From: Candidatus Eiseniibacteriota bacterium
GTDB lineage: Bacteria > Eisenbacteria > RBG-16-71-46 > CAIMUX01 > VGJL01
NCBI GenBank assembly: GCA_963792585.1
Contig: CAWBWI010000003.1
Span: 62,942 to 126,941 of the forward strand
Length of the DNA stretch: 64,000 nucleotides
Direction: 5' to 3'
In this document: positions 10,896 to 19,858 of the stretch, one piece after another
Position numbering within the stretch: the stretch's first letter is position 1
Layout of the letters: each line of letters opens with the position of its first letter
Notes under the pieces: model-generated
What the model saw: only the letters and a program-made list of their open reading frames with translations
What the model was told of the DNA's origin: nothing
Database searches by the model: none
Position numbers and translations under genes: made by a program

Positions 10896-11192
10896 TCCGC
10901 GGCGCGCGGGTTGACTCGCGGTGACCCGGTCCGATCCGCGGCGAGGGTGCCCTGATCTGCGGCGCGCGGGTTGACCCGCCAGGCCGAACCTCGTCACGTG
11001 CTGACGGGGGCCGCAGGTGACGGAAACCCGGGGCGACGCAGGCTTCGAACCTCGCCACCTGCTGACGTGGGCCGCAGGTGACGACGCTGGCGGGTCCGCC
11101 GGCCAGGGAACGAGCGTGGCCACCGTCTCCCGGAGCGCCGCCGCGGCCCCGAACCTCGTCACGTGCTGACGGGGGCCGCAGGCGGCGGAAAC
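10893..11192. repeat. Intergenic repeat cluster: two 23-bp copies plus three copies of about 44 bp
   Basis: tgatc(c/t)gcggcgcgcgggttgac at 10893 and 10953; cgaacctcg(t/c)cac(g/c)tgctgacg(g/t)gggccgcagg at about 10985, 11046 and 11150. Confidence 0.85.
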
Positions 11193-11203
11193 GCGGCCAG
11201 TTG

Positions 11204-12070
11204 CTAGCCGACCGGGATCACCAGGACGTACTTCCCGTCCTTGCCGGGGTACTTCCCGGTCGGGCGACGCCACTTGAGGTAGTCCTCGCGGAGCTGCTTG
11301 ACCGTGATGCGCTGGTTCGGCTTGCGTGAGGGACCCCAGATGGAGCTGATCCGTGGATACCACGGATCGCTCACCCAGATCCCGGCAACCTCGTAGTCGT
11401 CCGTGGAAGCGGGATCCGCGGTGGTCTCGAAGCCGTGCAGGACCCACGAGTGCGCGCCACGCCAGACCAGCAGACCGACCGGTCGTCCGGTCGCGCGGAT
11501 GGCCTCGATACCGCGCCGGACGGCCTTGCCCATCGTCGCCTCGACCACCACCTCGTAGTCGCCGGCCCCGCGCTCCGCCAGTCCGCGGGCCCATCCTTCC
11601 GGCTCGGTGCCGTCGTCACGAGCTTCGGACAGTCTCCGCGCAAGGCCGGCGAGCCTGGCCTGCGTCGCCTTCGTCCGATCGTTCTCCGGGCCGACCACGT
11701 TCAACATGATCTGCATCGCGGCGGCGACACACTGGTCCTTGGTTGCCTGGCTGGCGAAATCGCCCTTTCCGTACAGGTTCACCTTGATCGGCCCGCTCGG
11801 GGTGGGGGAAGGGGTCGGTGTAGGAGACGGTGTCGGCGTAAGGGAGGTGGTCGGCATGGGCGTGGCTGGCGGCATCGGGGAGGTGGTCGGGGATGAGCGA
11901 GGCGTGGACGCGGGGGTCGCCACGGGGACCACTGCGGCGACGGCGGCCGGCGTGGCGACCGCTCCGGCGACGGCGCCCGAACCGGACGGCGCACAGCCCC
12001 AGACGGACCCGAGCACCAGCAGGCTGGCGACCGTGGGCATCAGGCGACGACGTGGGGACTCGGCAGTCAC
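11204..12070 (-). CDS. Exported papain-fold (C39-like) peptidase, probable lipoprotein
   Basis: LLVLGSVWGC, P/T linker, SQATKDQCVAAA (Q...C), GAHSWVLHGF (H), WVSDPW (D). Confidence 0.75.
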   Translation of the reverse strand: MTAESPRRRLMPTVASLLVLGSVWGCAPSGSGAVAGAVATPAAVAAVVPVATPASTPRSSPTTSPMPPATPMPTTSLTPTPSPTPTPSPTPSGPIKVNLYGKGDFASQATKDQCVAAAMQIMLNVVGPENDRTKATQARLAGLARRLSEARDDGTEPEGWARGLAERGAGDYEVVVEATMGKAVRRGIEAIRATGRPVGLLVWRGAHSWVLHGFETTADPASTDDYEVAGIWVSDPWYPRISSIWGPSRKPNQRITVKQLREDYLKWRRPTGKYPGKDGKYVLVIPVG

Positions 12071-12100
12071 GGGAGGATCGAGGGCCCTGGATGCATTGGG

Positions 12101-12177
12101 TGGTAGGGGAGCCAGGACTCGAACCTGGAACCAGCGGGATATAAGCCCGCCGCTCTGACCGATTGAGCTACTCCCCC
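12101..12177 (-). tRNA. tRNA-Ile(UAU), 77 nt, CCA encoded
   Basis: Reverse complement is GGGGGAG TA GCTC AATCGGTCA GAGC G GCGGG CT-TAT-AT CCCGC TGGTT CCAGG TTCGAGT CCTGG CTCCCCT A CCA, a complete cloverleaf. Anticodon at 12141-12143. Confidence 0.95.
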
Positions 12178-12295
12178 AGGGTCCACGAATCTACACCCAT
12201 GCCGGCGTGACCCCGTCAGGGCAGGTGCGGGTCGCGCCCGAGCCATGGCGGCACAGGGCCTCGCTCGGGTCAGGCGGGGCCGGTCCTTACGTCGG

Positions 12296-12610
12296 TCAGT
12301 CGCCGCCGAGCAGGCGGCCGGCGATCGAGCGCAGCCGCAGGGGACGTGGATGCAGACCGCCGTCGCTGGACCCGCCGTCGCGACCGGAGGAAGAGCCATT
12401 GGCGTCCTCCAGGATCGCGCCGCCAGGTGCCCAGGCGTAAGCCGGAAGGCCGGACGCGAACTCGCGTTCGTCCTCCGTCTGGAGGGCCTCGATGGGGAGA
12501 TCGTCCGGGTCGAAGGGGCGGGGGCCGGTGGCGACGACCGGTTCGGGACGGGCGTATGCCGGGGCCCCGTAGAGCTTCGGCAGCGCGACGTGCTGCTCGT
12601 CGATGGACAC
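12296..12610 (-). CDS. Hypothetical protein (about 104 aa)
   Basis: GTG start; VSIDEQHVALPKLYGAPAYARP...PFDPDDLPIEA; coding-like codon usage. Confidence 0.6.
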   Translation of the reverse strand: MSIDEQHVALPKLYGAPAYARPEPVVATGPRPFDPDDLPIEALQTEDEREFASGLPAYAWAPGGAILEDANGSSSGRDGGSSDGGLHPRPLRLRSIAGRLLGGD

Positions 12611-12804
12611 GCGCGGACCTCGAGATGGATCTGATGATTGCGTTGCGCCGGATACCCGGACACACCGTGATGATAGCCACGCCACAGTACCGCGGAATGG
12701 TACGGAAGGACTAGGTGGGCAGCCTCGAACCGGCACGGAACCGGTGCGCCGACGCCCCACCCGACCCGCGGACCCACGGCGGGGAACCGTTGCCGCTCAG
12801 CCGC

Positions 12805-13338
12805 TCAGTCGAACCACGGGCGGATGACCTGGAGCGCGACGACCATCACCAGATAGGCGATCGGGACCGCGGCGAAGAACCCCAGCGCCGCGCTCCAGCC
12901 GCTTCGTCGTCGGGTGCCACCGGAGCCGGTCGGCTGCGGCACCACGAGGTAGGTCAGGACGCTGCCGACCACCAGGACGAGAAGCACATAGATCGCCATG
13001 AACAGGACGCGCAGGTCGCCGCCCGGGAGTTCCGCGCCGCGCGACAGGAGGACGTCATAGGCGAGGTACAGGACCGCGAGGATGACCGCGAGCACGAGGC
13101 TGGAGAGGACTGCGCGGACCACCGGCCGCGGCGCGTTGCGGAACTGTCGCCATCGAACCTCGGCCCATGAACGCCGCCGGGCCGGCGGACGGGTCCCTTG
13201 GCCACCCGACGCATGTTTGGAGTCCGTGGGCCCCCCGCTGGGCTCCCGGCTGGGCTCACCGCCGGACTCCCGGCTGGGCTCGCCGCTGGACTCCCGGCTG
13301 GGCTCACCACTGGGCCCCCCGCTGGGCGCCCCGCTCAC
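12805..13338 (-). CDS. Three-TM hypothetical membrane protein
   Basis: Overlaps the upstream stop (GTGA). Contains RWRQFRNAPRPVVRAV followed by three hydrophobic helices. Confidence 0.75.
   Translation of the reverse strand: MSGAPSGGPSGEPSRESSGEPSRESGGEPSREPSGGPTDSKHASGGQGTRPPARRRSWAEVRWRQFRNAPRPVVRAVLSSLVLAVILAVLYLAYDVLLSRGAELPGGDLRVLFMAIYVLLVLVVGSVLTYLVVPQPTGSGGTRRRSGWSAALGFFAAVPIAYLVMVVALQVIRPWFD
13228..13325. repeat. 24-bp coding tandem repeat (GEPSRES[S/G])
   Basis: About 3-4 units of ctcccggctgggctc(a/g)cc(g/a)c(c/t)gg(a/g). Confidence 0.85.
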
Positions 13339-14573
13339 TCCTGGCCCAGGATCGCCAGGGTCCGTCGCGCCGGCACGGTCTCGGGCGTGTGCGCCGCCAG
13401 CAGCTCCACCGCGTCGACGAATCGGTCCAGCTCGTCCTCCGAGTTGAAGAACCCGACGCTGATGCGCAGGGCATCGACCAACGGGAGCGTTCGCGTGATG
13501 GCGAAGACCCGGGCGCCGAGCTCATCCCGGAGCTGATCCGGCGTCCAGCCGTCCACCGCGAAGGAGACGAGGCCGGCCATATTCTCGCGTGGTGTCAGGA
13601 GGCGGACCCCGGAGATCGTGGCCAGGCGATCCGCCGCTGCACGTGCCAGCCGGTTGCCCCGCTCGTAGATCCAGTCCAACCCCACGAACATGCTCAACCA
13701 GCCGATGGACCGGGCCATCCCGACGATGGACGGACGATGGAAGGCCGAGCCCTCGAACCGTCGCGCCGTGGACCACGGGAGTGCCTCGCCCGAGGAGTCC
13801 ACGCGCTCGAACGTGAAATAGCCGCCGACGCTCGGCATGAGCCGTTCCCGTGCAGCGCGAGTGATCGCGACCGCACCGGTCCCCTCGGGGCCTAGCAGCC
13901 ACTTCTGGCCGGGGATGGAATAGACATCGGCACCGAGCGCGGCGACGTCGATCGGGATCGCGCCGGCACTCTGCGCGCCGTCGACGATGACGAGGGCGCC
14001 CCGCTCGCGGGCGATGGCCGCGATCGCGGCGACCGGAAGGACGGCGCCGGTCGCCCAGAGGACATGACTGAACACGACCGCTCGGGTCCGATCGTCGATC
14101 GCGGCCTCGAACGCCGCCAGCGTTCGTTCGTTATCTCCACCGTCGCCGATGTCGAGGAAGTCGATGTCGATCCCGTGACGCATCCGCTGCACGTACAGGG
14201 GGCCGGTGCCACCCGGATGCTCGAGCCTCGTCGTGACCGCCTTGTCGCCCGGGCGCCAGTCGATCCCGTTGACCCCGATATTCATCCCGTCCGTGGCGGC
14301 GTGGGTGACGGCGATGTCCTCGACGTCGCAGGTCAGCAGGGCGGCGACGGTGGCTCGCGCCTCTTCCAGCCGCCCAAGGAACTCCTGGAAGCCGGCGTTG
14401 TCCGCCCGACCGACCCGGAGCTCATGCTCGGCCATCTGGGCCATGACAGCCGCGGTCTCGGCCGGCAGTGGACCGCTCGTCCCGGTATTGAGATAGATGC
14501 CGGCGGACAGGGCGGGCAGGAGGGCGCGGACGGCGGCGAGCCGCTCCGCTTCGGTCGGGCCGGGGGGGATCAC
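13335..14573 (-). CDS. PLP-dependent class V aminotransferase-fold enzyme (C-S lyase/EgtE/IPN-epimerase-like)
   Basis: YLNTGTSGP, VDGAQSAG, PGQKWLLGP (PLP Lys), LRISVGFFN. No desulfurase catalytic Cys loop. Confidence 0.9.
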   Translation of the reverse strand: MIPPGPTEAERLAAVRALLPALSAGIYLNTGTSGPLPAETAAVMAQMAEHELRVGRADNAGFQEFLGRLEEARATVAALLTCDVEDIAVTHAATDGMNIGVNGIDWRPGDKAVTTRLEHPGGTGPLYVQRMRHGIDIDFLDIGDGGDNERTLAAFEAAIDDRTRAVVFSHVLWATGAVLPVAAIAAIARERGALVIVDGAQSAGAIPIDVAALGADVYSIPGQKWLLGPEGTGAVAITRAARERLMPSVGGYFTFERVDSSGEALPWSTARRFEGSAFHRPSIVGMARSIGWLSMFVGLDWIYERGNRLARAAADRLATISGVRLLTPRENMAGLVSFAVDGWTPDQLRDELGARVFAITRTLPLVDALRISVGFFNSEDELDRFVDAVELLAAHTPETVPARRTLAILGQE

Positions 14574-14591
14574 GGCCGTATGATACCGGCC

Positions 14592-15452
14592 ATGTCCGGC
14601 CTGGCCCGCCCCGAGATCCTTGCAACGACCGAGTGGTTGGGCGAACGACTGGGCAAGTCAGGGATCCGCATCGTGGACGCCCGCTGGCGTCCCGACGGCA
14701 GCGGCGTTGCCGTCCACCGTGCCGGACGGATCCCCGGTTCCGTCCACGTGGACTGGCGAGCGGATCTCGTCGAGTCCGACGAGTCGGGCGATGCGCTGCG
14801 ATTGGCCGGGCCGGAGCTCGTGGCCGGCGTCGCCGAACGCGCGGGGATCGGCGACGGCACCACCGTCGTGATCTACGACGACACGGCCAGCCTCTACGCC
14901 GCCCGGGTCTGGTGGACGTTCCGCGCCTACGGCCTCGAGTCGGTCCGGATCCTCGACGGCGGTTTCCCTTCCTGGGAGGTCGAGGGCCGCCCCGTGACGC
15001 GGACGGTCGTCGAGCCTGCGGCGGGTCCGCTTTCGCTGCCTGCCACGTTCACCCCCCGTGGACCGACCCGGATCCACCTGACCACCACCGACGTCCGCGG
15101 ACTCCTTGGGGCTCCGGACGTGACCCTGCTCGATGCTCGCGCGCCGGCCGAGTACCGCGGCTTCGAGGGGAATACCAAGCGACTCGGGCACATCCCGGGC
15201 GCCATCAACGTGCCGGTGGGCGGGTTGCATGTCGCCGGCTCGCAGCGGCTGCGCGGCGGCGACGAGTTGCGTGACCGGTTGCACGCCGCGAACGTCAGCC
15301 GGGGCCGCCGGATGGTCACCTACGACGGCTCCGGGGTCGCGGCGGCCAAGCTGGCCTTCGTCCTGACCCTGCTGGGCCACGAGGATGTCGCCGTGTACGA
15401 CGGTGGCTGGGCCGAGTGGGGCAACCGCCTGGACCTGCCGGTCGATCGCTGA
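14592..15452 (+). CDS. Tandem-domain rhodanese/sulfurtransferase (SseA/TST-like) with catalytic Cys replaced by Asp
   Basis: IVDARW, GRIPGSVHVDW, LLDARAPAEYRG, GHIPGAINVP, VTYDGSGVAAA, VYDGGWAEW. Confidence 0.9.
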   Translation: MSGLARPEILATTEWLGERLGKSGIRIVDARWRPDGSGVAVHRAGRIPGSVHVDWRADLVESDESGDALRLAGPELVAGVAERAGIGDGTTVVIYDDTASLYAARVWWTFRAYGLESVRILDGGFPSWEVEGRPVTRTVVEPAAGPLSLPATFTPRGPTRIHLTTTDVRGLLGAPDVTLLDARAPAEYRGFEGNTKRLGHIPGAINVPVGGLHVAGSQRLRGGDELRDRLHAANVSRGRRMVTYDGSGVAAAKLAFVLTLLGHEDVAVYDGGWAEWGNRLDLPVDR

Positions 15453-15505
15453 GCCCGGGTCACCCCGGGCGGGCGTCGGATGCGGTCCGGCGCCTCAGCT
15501 CGCGG

Positions 15506-15568
15506 CCACCAGATGCACGGCTCGGGTCACCAGACAAACGGCTCGGGTCACCAGCCCGTCGGCTCGGG
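15506..15568. repeat. Three tandem 21-bp units copying the 3' end of the upstream minus-strand gene
   Basis: ccaccagatgcacggctcggg / tcaccagacaaacggctcggg / tcaccagcccgtcggctcggg. Confidence 0.85.
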
Positions 15569-16135
15569 ATCGGGCGAGACCGACCCCGCCGATCTGGCGT
15601 CGCTGTCCAGCCCGGCCCAGGGATCGAGCTCGCGGTGAGGGGCAAGGATCTGGGCGAGCGAATGGTTCACGACCGCGACAGCCGACGTGGCTCGCGCCTC
15701 GCCGACCGTGTCCGACCAGTAGGAGGCTTCGGTGACCGGGATGAACTGCCCGTGCAGCTCGGTCAACGCCTCACGGAGACTGCGCTCGGGGAACAGGTGG
15801 ATCCGGCCCGTCATCTTGAACGGCGGGATGGAGATGATCGCCTGCTCGGGCGCCTTCGGTGTCCGCAGCTCGGGCAGCGGCTCCACCGGCTCGTCAGACA
15901 CCACGAACAGCACGGAGGCGAGGTTGATCTGCGCGAACTCCGCGTGGATCGGCTGCCCACGAGCGCCGAACTCATCGAAGGTGACGTCCGACAGCACGAT
16001 GAACGCATCGTCTGCCCGATTGAGGATGTCGGTGACGCGGCGTTGTCGGGTGGCGATCGTGCCGCGGACCTGGAACGCGTTGGTGAACAGCGTCAGGGTG
16101 ACGTCCTGCGGCGCACCCCCGATGGCGTCATACAT
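15548..16135 (-). CDS. Hypothetical protein with two similar beta-rich halves (possibly DUF6812-like)
   Basis: FQVRGTI...RVTDILN...FIVLSDV is echoed by FKMTGRIH...SLREAL...FIPVTEA. Confidence 0.6.
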   Translation of the reverse strand: MYDAIGGAPQDVTLTLFTNAFQVRGTIATRQRRVTDILNRADDAFIVLSDVTFDEFGARGQPIHAEFAQINLASVLFVVSDEPVEPLPELRTPKAPEQAIISIPPFKMTGRIHLFPERSLREALTELHGQFIPVTEASYWSDTVGEARATSAVAVVNHSLAQILAPHRELDPWAGLDSDARSAGSVSPDPEPTGW

Positions 16136-16172
16136 CTTCAGAGCATACGGGCCATGACCAGCCCGCGGAAGG

Positions 16173-17897
16173 TCAGGCCCGGTCCCCGGGACCGGTTCTG
16201 GCGCCTGCGGTCACCAGCAGCTCCGATCCCTGCTGGAGGCCCTCGTACAGGGCGGTCACGGTCGCGACGGTGTCGATCTCACCGGGCGCCTTGTCCCGTC
16301 GAAGGGCGTGGATCCTGGGGAACCGAAGGCTGAAGCCGCTGGCGTGACGCGTGCTTCGGACGATCACGTCGAAGGCGATCTCCACGACGATGACCGGCTC
16401 GACCTCGCGATATCGGCCGGACCGCGTGACCGTGTGCTCCTCGAACCAGGCCGTCATCTCCGCGATCTCGGAATCCGTGAGACCGCTGTAGGCCTTGCCG
16501 ATCTCGACCAGACGGCCGCTGGCCTCGTCGCGGATCGCGAACGTGTAGTCGGACAGGACACCGTGGCGCTTGCCATGACCGACCTCGACGCCCACGACCA
16601 CGCAGTCGATGGTAGCCAGGGCCTTCTTCATCTTCAGCCACCCCAGGCCGCGCCGACCGGGGGAGTACCCGCTGGCGGGATCCTTGACGATCAGCCCCTC
16701 GTTCCGACGGGCACGCGCGTCGGTGAATGCCGCCTCGAGGGCATCCGCATCGGCGGCGACCGACAGGTGTGACCGCAGGAACCGTCCACCGTCGGTGGCC
16801 AGGGGCATCGGGATGGCATCGAGCCGGGCGCGTCGGTTCGAGAGCGGCTCGCGCAGGACCGGCTCGGGGTTCCGGCTCGCCGGGTCGACACCAGGCCCGT
16901 CGGCCAGGACGTCGAAGGCGACGTAGATGACCGGGACATCGGCCTGGATCCGCGCCGACGGATCCTTGCGACCCAGGCGCGCCTGCAGGCTGATGAACGG
17001 CAGCACGAGGCCGTCCTTCCAGGCGAGGATCTCGCCGTCGAGGACGCCGTCCCAGGCGACCATCCGCGCCGAGTCGACGATCTCGGGGAATCCCGTGCTC
17101 ACGTCGTGCAGGTCGCGCGAGTAGAGCCGGACGTCCGTGCCGCGCTTGTGCAGCTGCGCCCGGATGCCGTCGTATTTGTCCTCCACCCACACTTCGGGGC
17201 CCAACCGCCGCACGATCTCGGCGGCGTCCTCGGCCGGCGAAGCGAGCATGAACTTGAGCGGGTGGAACACCGCCAGCCGGGCGGACGCAAGGGAATCATC
17301 GCGAGCCATGCGGGCCAGCCGACCGATATCGCCGGTCAGCATCCCGGCCCATCGAACGTCCTCCAGCGGGCGATCGAACGCCCGGGCGATGGCGGCCTCC
17401 ACGAGCCCCTCGCGAAGCCCGATTCGCAGGTCGCCGCCGAGGACCTTGATGATCCCGCGCGCCGTCGCCGGGTCAGACCGCTGGAGGAGGACGCGCAGCA
17501 GCGCGGTCTTGGGGCCTGGCCCGGATGCCGCCTCCATCGCCGCGAACGTGGCCGCCACGTCGCGGAGACTCGGACTCGTGTCCGGATCCGGATCGTGGCC
17601 GGCAGCGGCGAGGACGTCCTCCACGGCGAGGCTCAGGTCGGAGTGGCGGTCGTACGCCTCCCCGAGTTCGTGCCTCGTCACGCCGGCGACCTCCGCGACC
17701 GCGCCCGCGATCGCGGACCAGCCCAGTCCCGTCGCGCGCTGGTCCGCCTCCGGGAACGGGCGCCCGGTCAGGAAGACGGCGGCGATCGGAAGGTCGTCGG
17801 CGTCGAGGTCGTGCAGGTAGCCGGCCAGCAACGCGGTCTTCTCGGACGTCCGGGTGGTCGCCGCGACGCGTTCGGCGAGGTCGCTCCAGCGGCGCAT
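16173..17897 (-). CDS. lig: ATP-dependent DNA ligase
   Basis: FMLASP, VEDKYDGIRAQ (KxDG), LDGEI, EGLIVK, GRRGLGWLKMK, LRFPRIHALR. Confidence 0.96.
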   Translation of the reverse strand: MRRWSDLAERVAATTRTSEKTALLAGYLHDLDADDLPIAAVFLTGRPFPEADQRATGLGWSAIAGAVAEVAGVTRHELGEAYDRHSDLSLAVEDVLAAAGHDPDPDTSPSLRDVAATFAAMEAASGPGPKTALLRVLLQRSDPATARGIIKVLGGDLRIGLREGLVEAAIARAFDRPLEDVRWAGMLTGDIGRLARMARDDSLASARLAVFHPLKFMLASPAEDAAEIVRRLGPEVWVEDKYDGIRAQLHKRGTDVRLYSRDLHDVSTGFPEIVDSARMVAWDGVLDGEILAWKDGLVLPFISLQARLGRKDPSARIQADVPVIYVAFDVLADGPGVDPASRNPEPVLREPLSNRRARLDAIPMPLATDGGRFLRSHLSVAADADALEAAFTDARARRNEGLIVKDPASGYSPGRRGLGWLKMKKALATIDCVVVGVEVGHGKRHGVLSDYTFAIRDEASGRLVEIGKAYSGLTDSEIAEMTAWFEEHTVTRSGRYREVEPVIVVEIAFDVIVRSTRHASGFSLRFPRIHALRRDKAPGEIDTVATVTALYEGLQQGSELLVTAGARTGPGDRA

Positions 17898-17923
17898 GGC
17901 GGGGATGGTATACGGTTCCGGCG

Positions 17924-18649
17924 ATGGCGCCCCGAGCATGGTTCCCGGAGGTGATATGGGGGTCGCAGGTGGTGCTGCGCCGACATGTTCCCGAGAACCT
18001 GGCCTGGTTCCGACGCTGGTACGCCGACCCCGAGATCGCGCGGCTCGCGCGCTACCAGGAAGCACCGATGCGACCCGACGAGATCGAACGCTTCTTCGCG
18101 TCGAGGGTCGTCGGACCGGACGCTCTGTCGATGGCGATCCACGAACGTGACGGCGATCGCCTGATCGGCACGTGCGCCTTCAGCCAGCTCGACGGCGACA
18201 ACGGCTCGGCGCTCTACCACATCACGATCGGCGAGAAGGACGCCTGGGGCCGTGGATACGGCTCGGAAGCGACCAGACTCATGCTCGACCACGCGTTCGG
18301 GACACTCCGGCTCCATCGCGTGGCGCTGTTCGTGTTCGAGTTCAACGAGCGCGCGATCCGGGCCTACAAGCGCTGCGGGTTCGTCGTGGAAGGCCGATCC
18401 CGAGAGTCCATCTTTCGTGACGGACACTGGTGGGACGAGCTCGCGATGAGCGTCCTCGAGTCGGATTGGCGTCGCCGCCGCGATGCGCCGCCGGGCACTG
18501 AGGGCTCAGATGCAGCTGCCGCTACCCTCGCCCAGACAGCGGGGGTCACAGAACCGGTGGCGCACGCCGCCGCCCCCACTGCGGCATCAGCCGATCCGGC
18601 CCCGGCCAGGGGCGGTCTCGTCCGACGGACGATCAGGAGGTTCACATGA
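17924..18649 (+). CDS. GNAT N-acetyltransferase (RimJ/RimL type)
   Basis: IGEKDAWGRGYGSEA, NERAIRAYKRCGFVVEGR. Confidence 0.92.
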   Translation: MAPRAWFPEVIWGSQVVLRRHVPENLAWFRRWYADPEIARLARYQEAPMRPDEIERFFASRVVGPDALSMAIHERDGDRLIGTCAFSQLDGDNGSALYHITIGEKDAWGRGYGSEATRLMLDHAFGTLRLHRVALFVFEFNERAIRAYKRCGFVVEGRSRESIFRDGHWWDELAMSVLESDWRRRRDAPPGTEGSDAAAATLAQTAGVTEPVAHAAAPTAASADPAPARGGLVRRTIRRFT

Positions 18650-18924
18650 GCACCGACGGCATCGGCGCCGATACCGCCCGCGCGGAGGTCCGCGAACTGA
18701 TCGCAGCCAAGGGCCACGTGGTGGACAACGCCCGGGAGGTCGTGGCCCGGCTGGAGGAGGCCTTCGCCGACGGATCGCTGGACCGGACGCAGGCGATGGA
18801 CGGGTACCTCGCCGACCTGGAGCGGGCCCTGGAGCAGGGCGATGGCGACAAGCTGGGTGGCAAGAGCGCGGAGGCGGCTCGCTTCATCCTTCGCGCGATC
18901 GACCGGGAACTGGACAACGCCTGA
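18646..18924 (+). CDS. Small helical hypothetical protein
   Basis: AGGAGG RBS, ATGA overlap with the GNAT stop, 92 aa. Confidence 0.7.
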   Translation: MSTDGIGADTARAEVRELIAAKGHVVDNAREVVARLEEAFADGSLDRTQAMDGYLADLERALEQGDGDKLGGKSAEAARFILRAIDRELDNA

Positions 18925-18938
18925 GGGCTAGGCGGGGC

Positions 18939-18969
18939 TTGACTCTCGGGTAGGGCGAGGGTCCACGAT
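18939..18969 (+). promoter_or_regulatory. MerR-type promoter/operator
   Basis: TTGACT-19 bp-CACGAT with the inverted repeat GACtCTCG-N7-CGAGgGTC in the spacer, directly ahead of a MerR gene (ATG 18977 would be near-leaderless). Confidence 0.72.
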
Positions 18970-19367
18970 GCTCGCCATGGACGCGGACCTGCTCGTCATC
19001 GGTCGCTTCGCGCGCCTCGCCGGCCTGTCGGTCGGGGCGTTGCGGCACTACGACGAGCTCGACCTGCTGCGACCGGCCTGGGTCGACCCCGAGACCGGCT
19101 ATCGCTCGTACCGTCGCGACCAGCTCGAGACGGCGCGGACCATCGTGCGGCTGCGTGATCTCGAGGTCCCGCTCGAGACGATCCGGGCCCTATCTCGGGA
19201 CGGACGAACCGGCCGTCTGGCGGCAGCTCCTCGAGGCGCATCGGCGCCGCCTGGAGGCCCGGACGTTCCGGCTCCAGCGCGTCCTCCACATCGTCGGCCA
19301 GCTGGCGGCCGACCCACCCGGGACCACCGGGGCCGTCCCTCGACCCCGCAGGAGACCATCGCCATGA
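18968..19367 (+). CDS. MerR-family transcriptional regulator (frameshift near 19190)
   Basis: IGRFARLAGLSVGALRHYDELDLLRPAWVDPETGYRSY, then the coiled coil LEAHRRRLEARTFRLQR in the shifted frame. Confidence 0.92.
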
Positions 19368-19846
19368 CCGCTCCGACCCTTGACAGCCTGACCGACCTCG
19401 ACGGCGCGACGCACCGAGCCCTCGGCGCGGCCCTGTTCAACCACACCTGGACCCTGCTCGAGAAGCCCGACCGAACGCCGGCCGAGACCGACGAGATGAT
19501 CCACGCGGCCCACGCGTCGCGCTTCCACTGGAGCCGTGCCGACGGGGCCGAGGCCGTCAACCTCGCTCGTGGCGAATGGCAGTGCTCACGGGTGTACGCG
19601 ACGCTGGGTCGCGGTGAACCGGCGCTCTGGCACGCCAGACGCTGCCTCGCCTACAACGAGGCGGTCGGCGCCGGGGATTGGGACATCGCCGCCGCGTTCG
19701 AGGCGTTGGCCCGGGCGAGTGCGGTCGCCGGCGATCCGGTCGCCGCGGCCGCCTGGAAGGCCAAGGCCGTCGCCGCGCTCGACGCCATCGCCGACCAGGA
19801 CGATCGCGAGCTCATCGAGGGGGACATCGCGACCCTTCCGGTCTGA
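19364..19846 (+). CDS. Conserved helical (TPR-like) hypothetical protein coupled to MerR
   Basis: AGGAG RBS, ATGA overlap; ALFNHTWTLLEK...EMIHAAHASRFHW...ARGEWQCSRVY. Confidence 0.8.
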   Translation: MTAPTLDSLTDLDGATHRALGAALFNHTWTLLEKPDRTPAETDEMIHAAHASRFHWSRADGAEAVNLARGEWQCSRVYATLGRGEPALWHARRCLAYNEAVGAGDWDIAAAFEALARASAVAGDPVAAAAWKAKAVAALDAIADQDDRELIEGDIATLPV

Positions 19847-19858
19847 GCCCGGGGCGAC

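Noticed and set aside
10893-11192. Possible CRISPR array
   Set aside because: Only three imperfect copies, unequal spacing, no unique spacers of constant length, and no cas genes.
12101-12125. Integrative element at the tRNA 3' end
   Set aside because: No duplicate of the tRNA 3' end and no integrase seen in the window.
12067-12777. 236-aa ORF spanning the tRNA
   Set aside because: It reads through a perfect tRNA cloverleaf and has no protein features.
13335-14573. Cysteine desulfurase (IscS/SufS)
   Set aside because: It lacks the catalytic Cys loop (SSGSAC or RxGxHCA).
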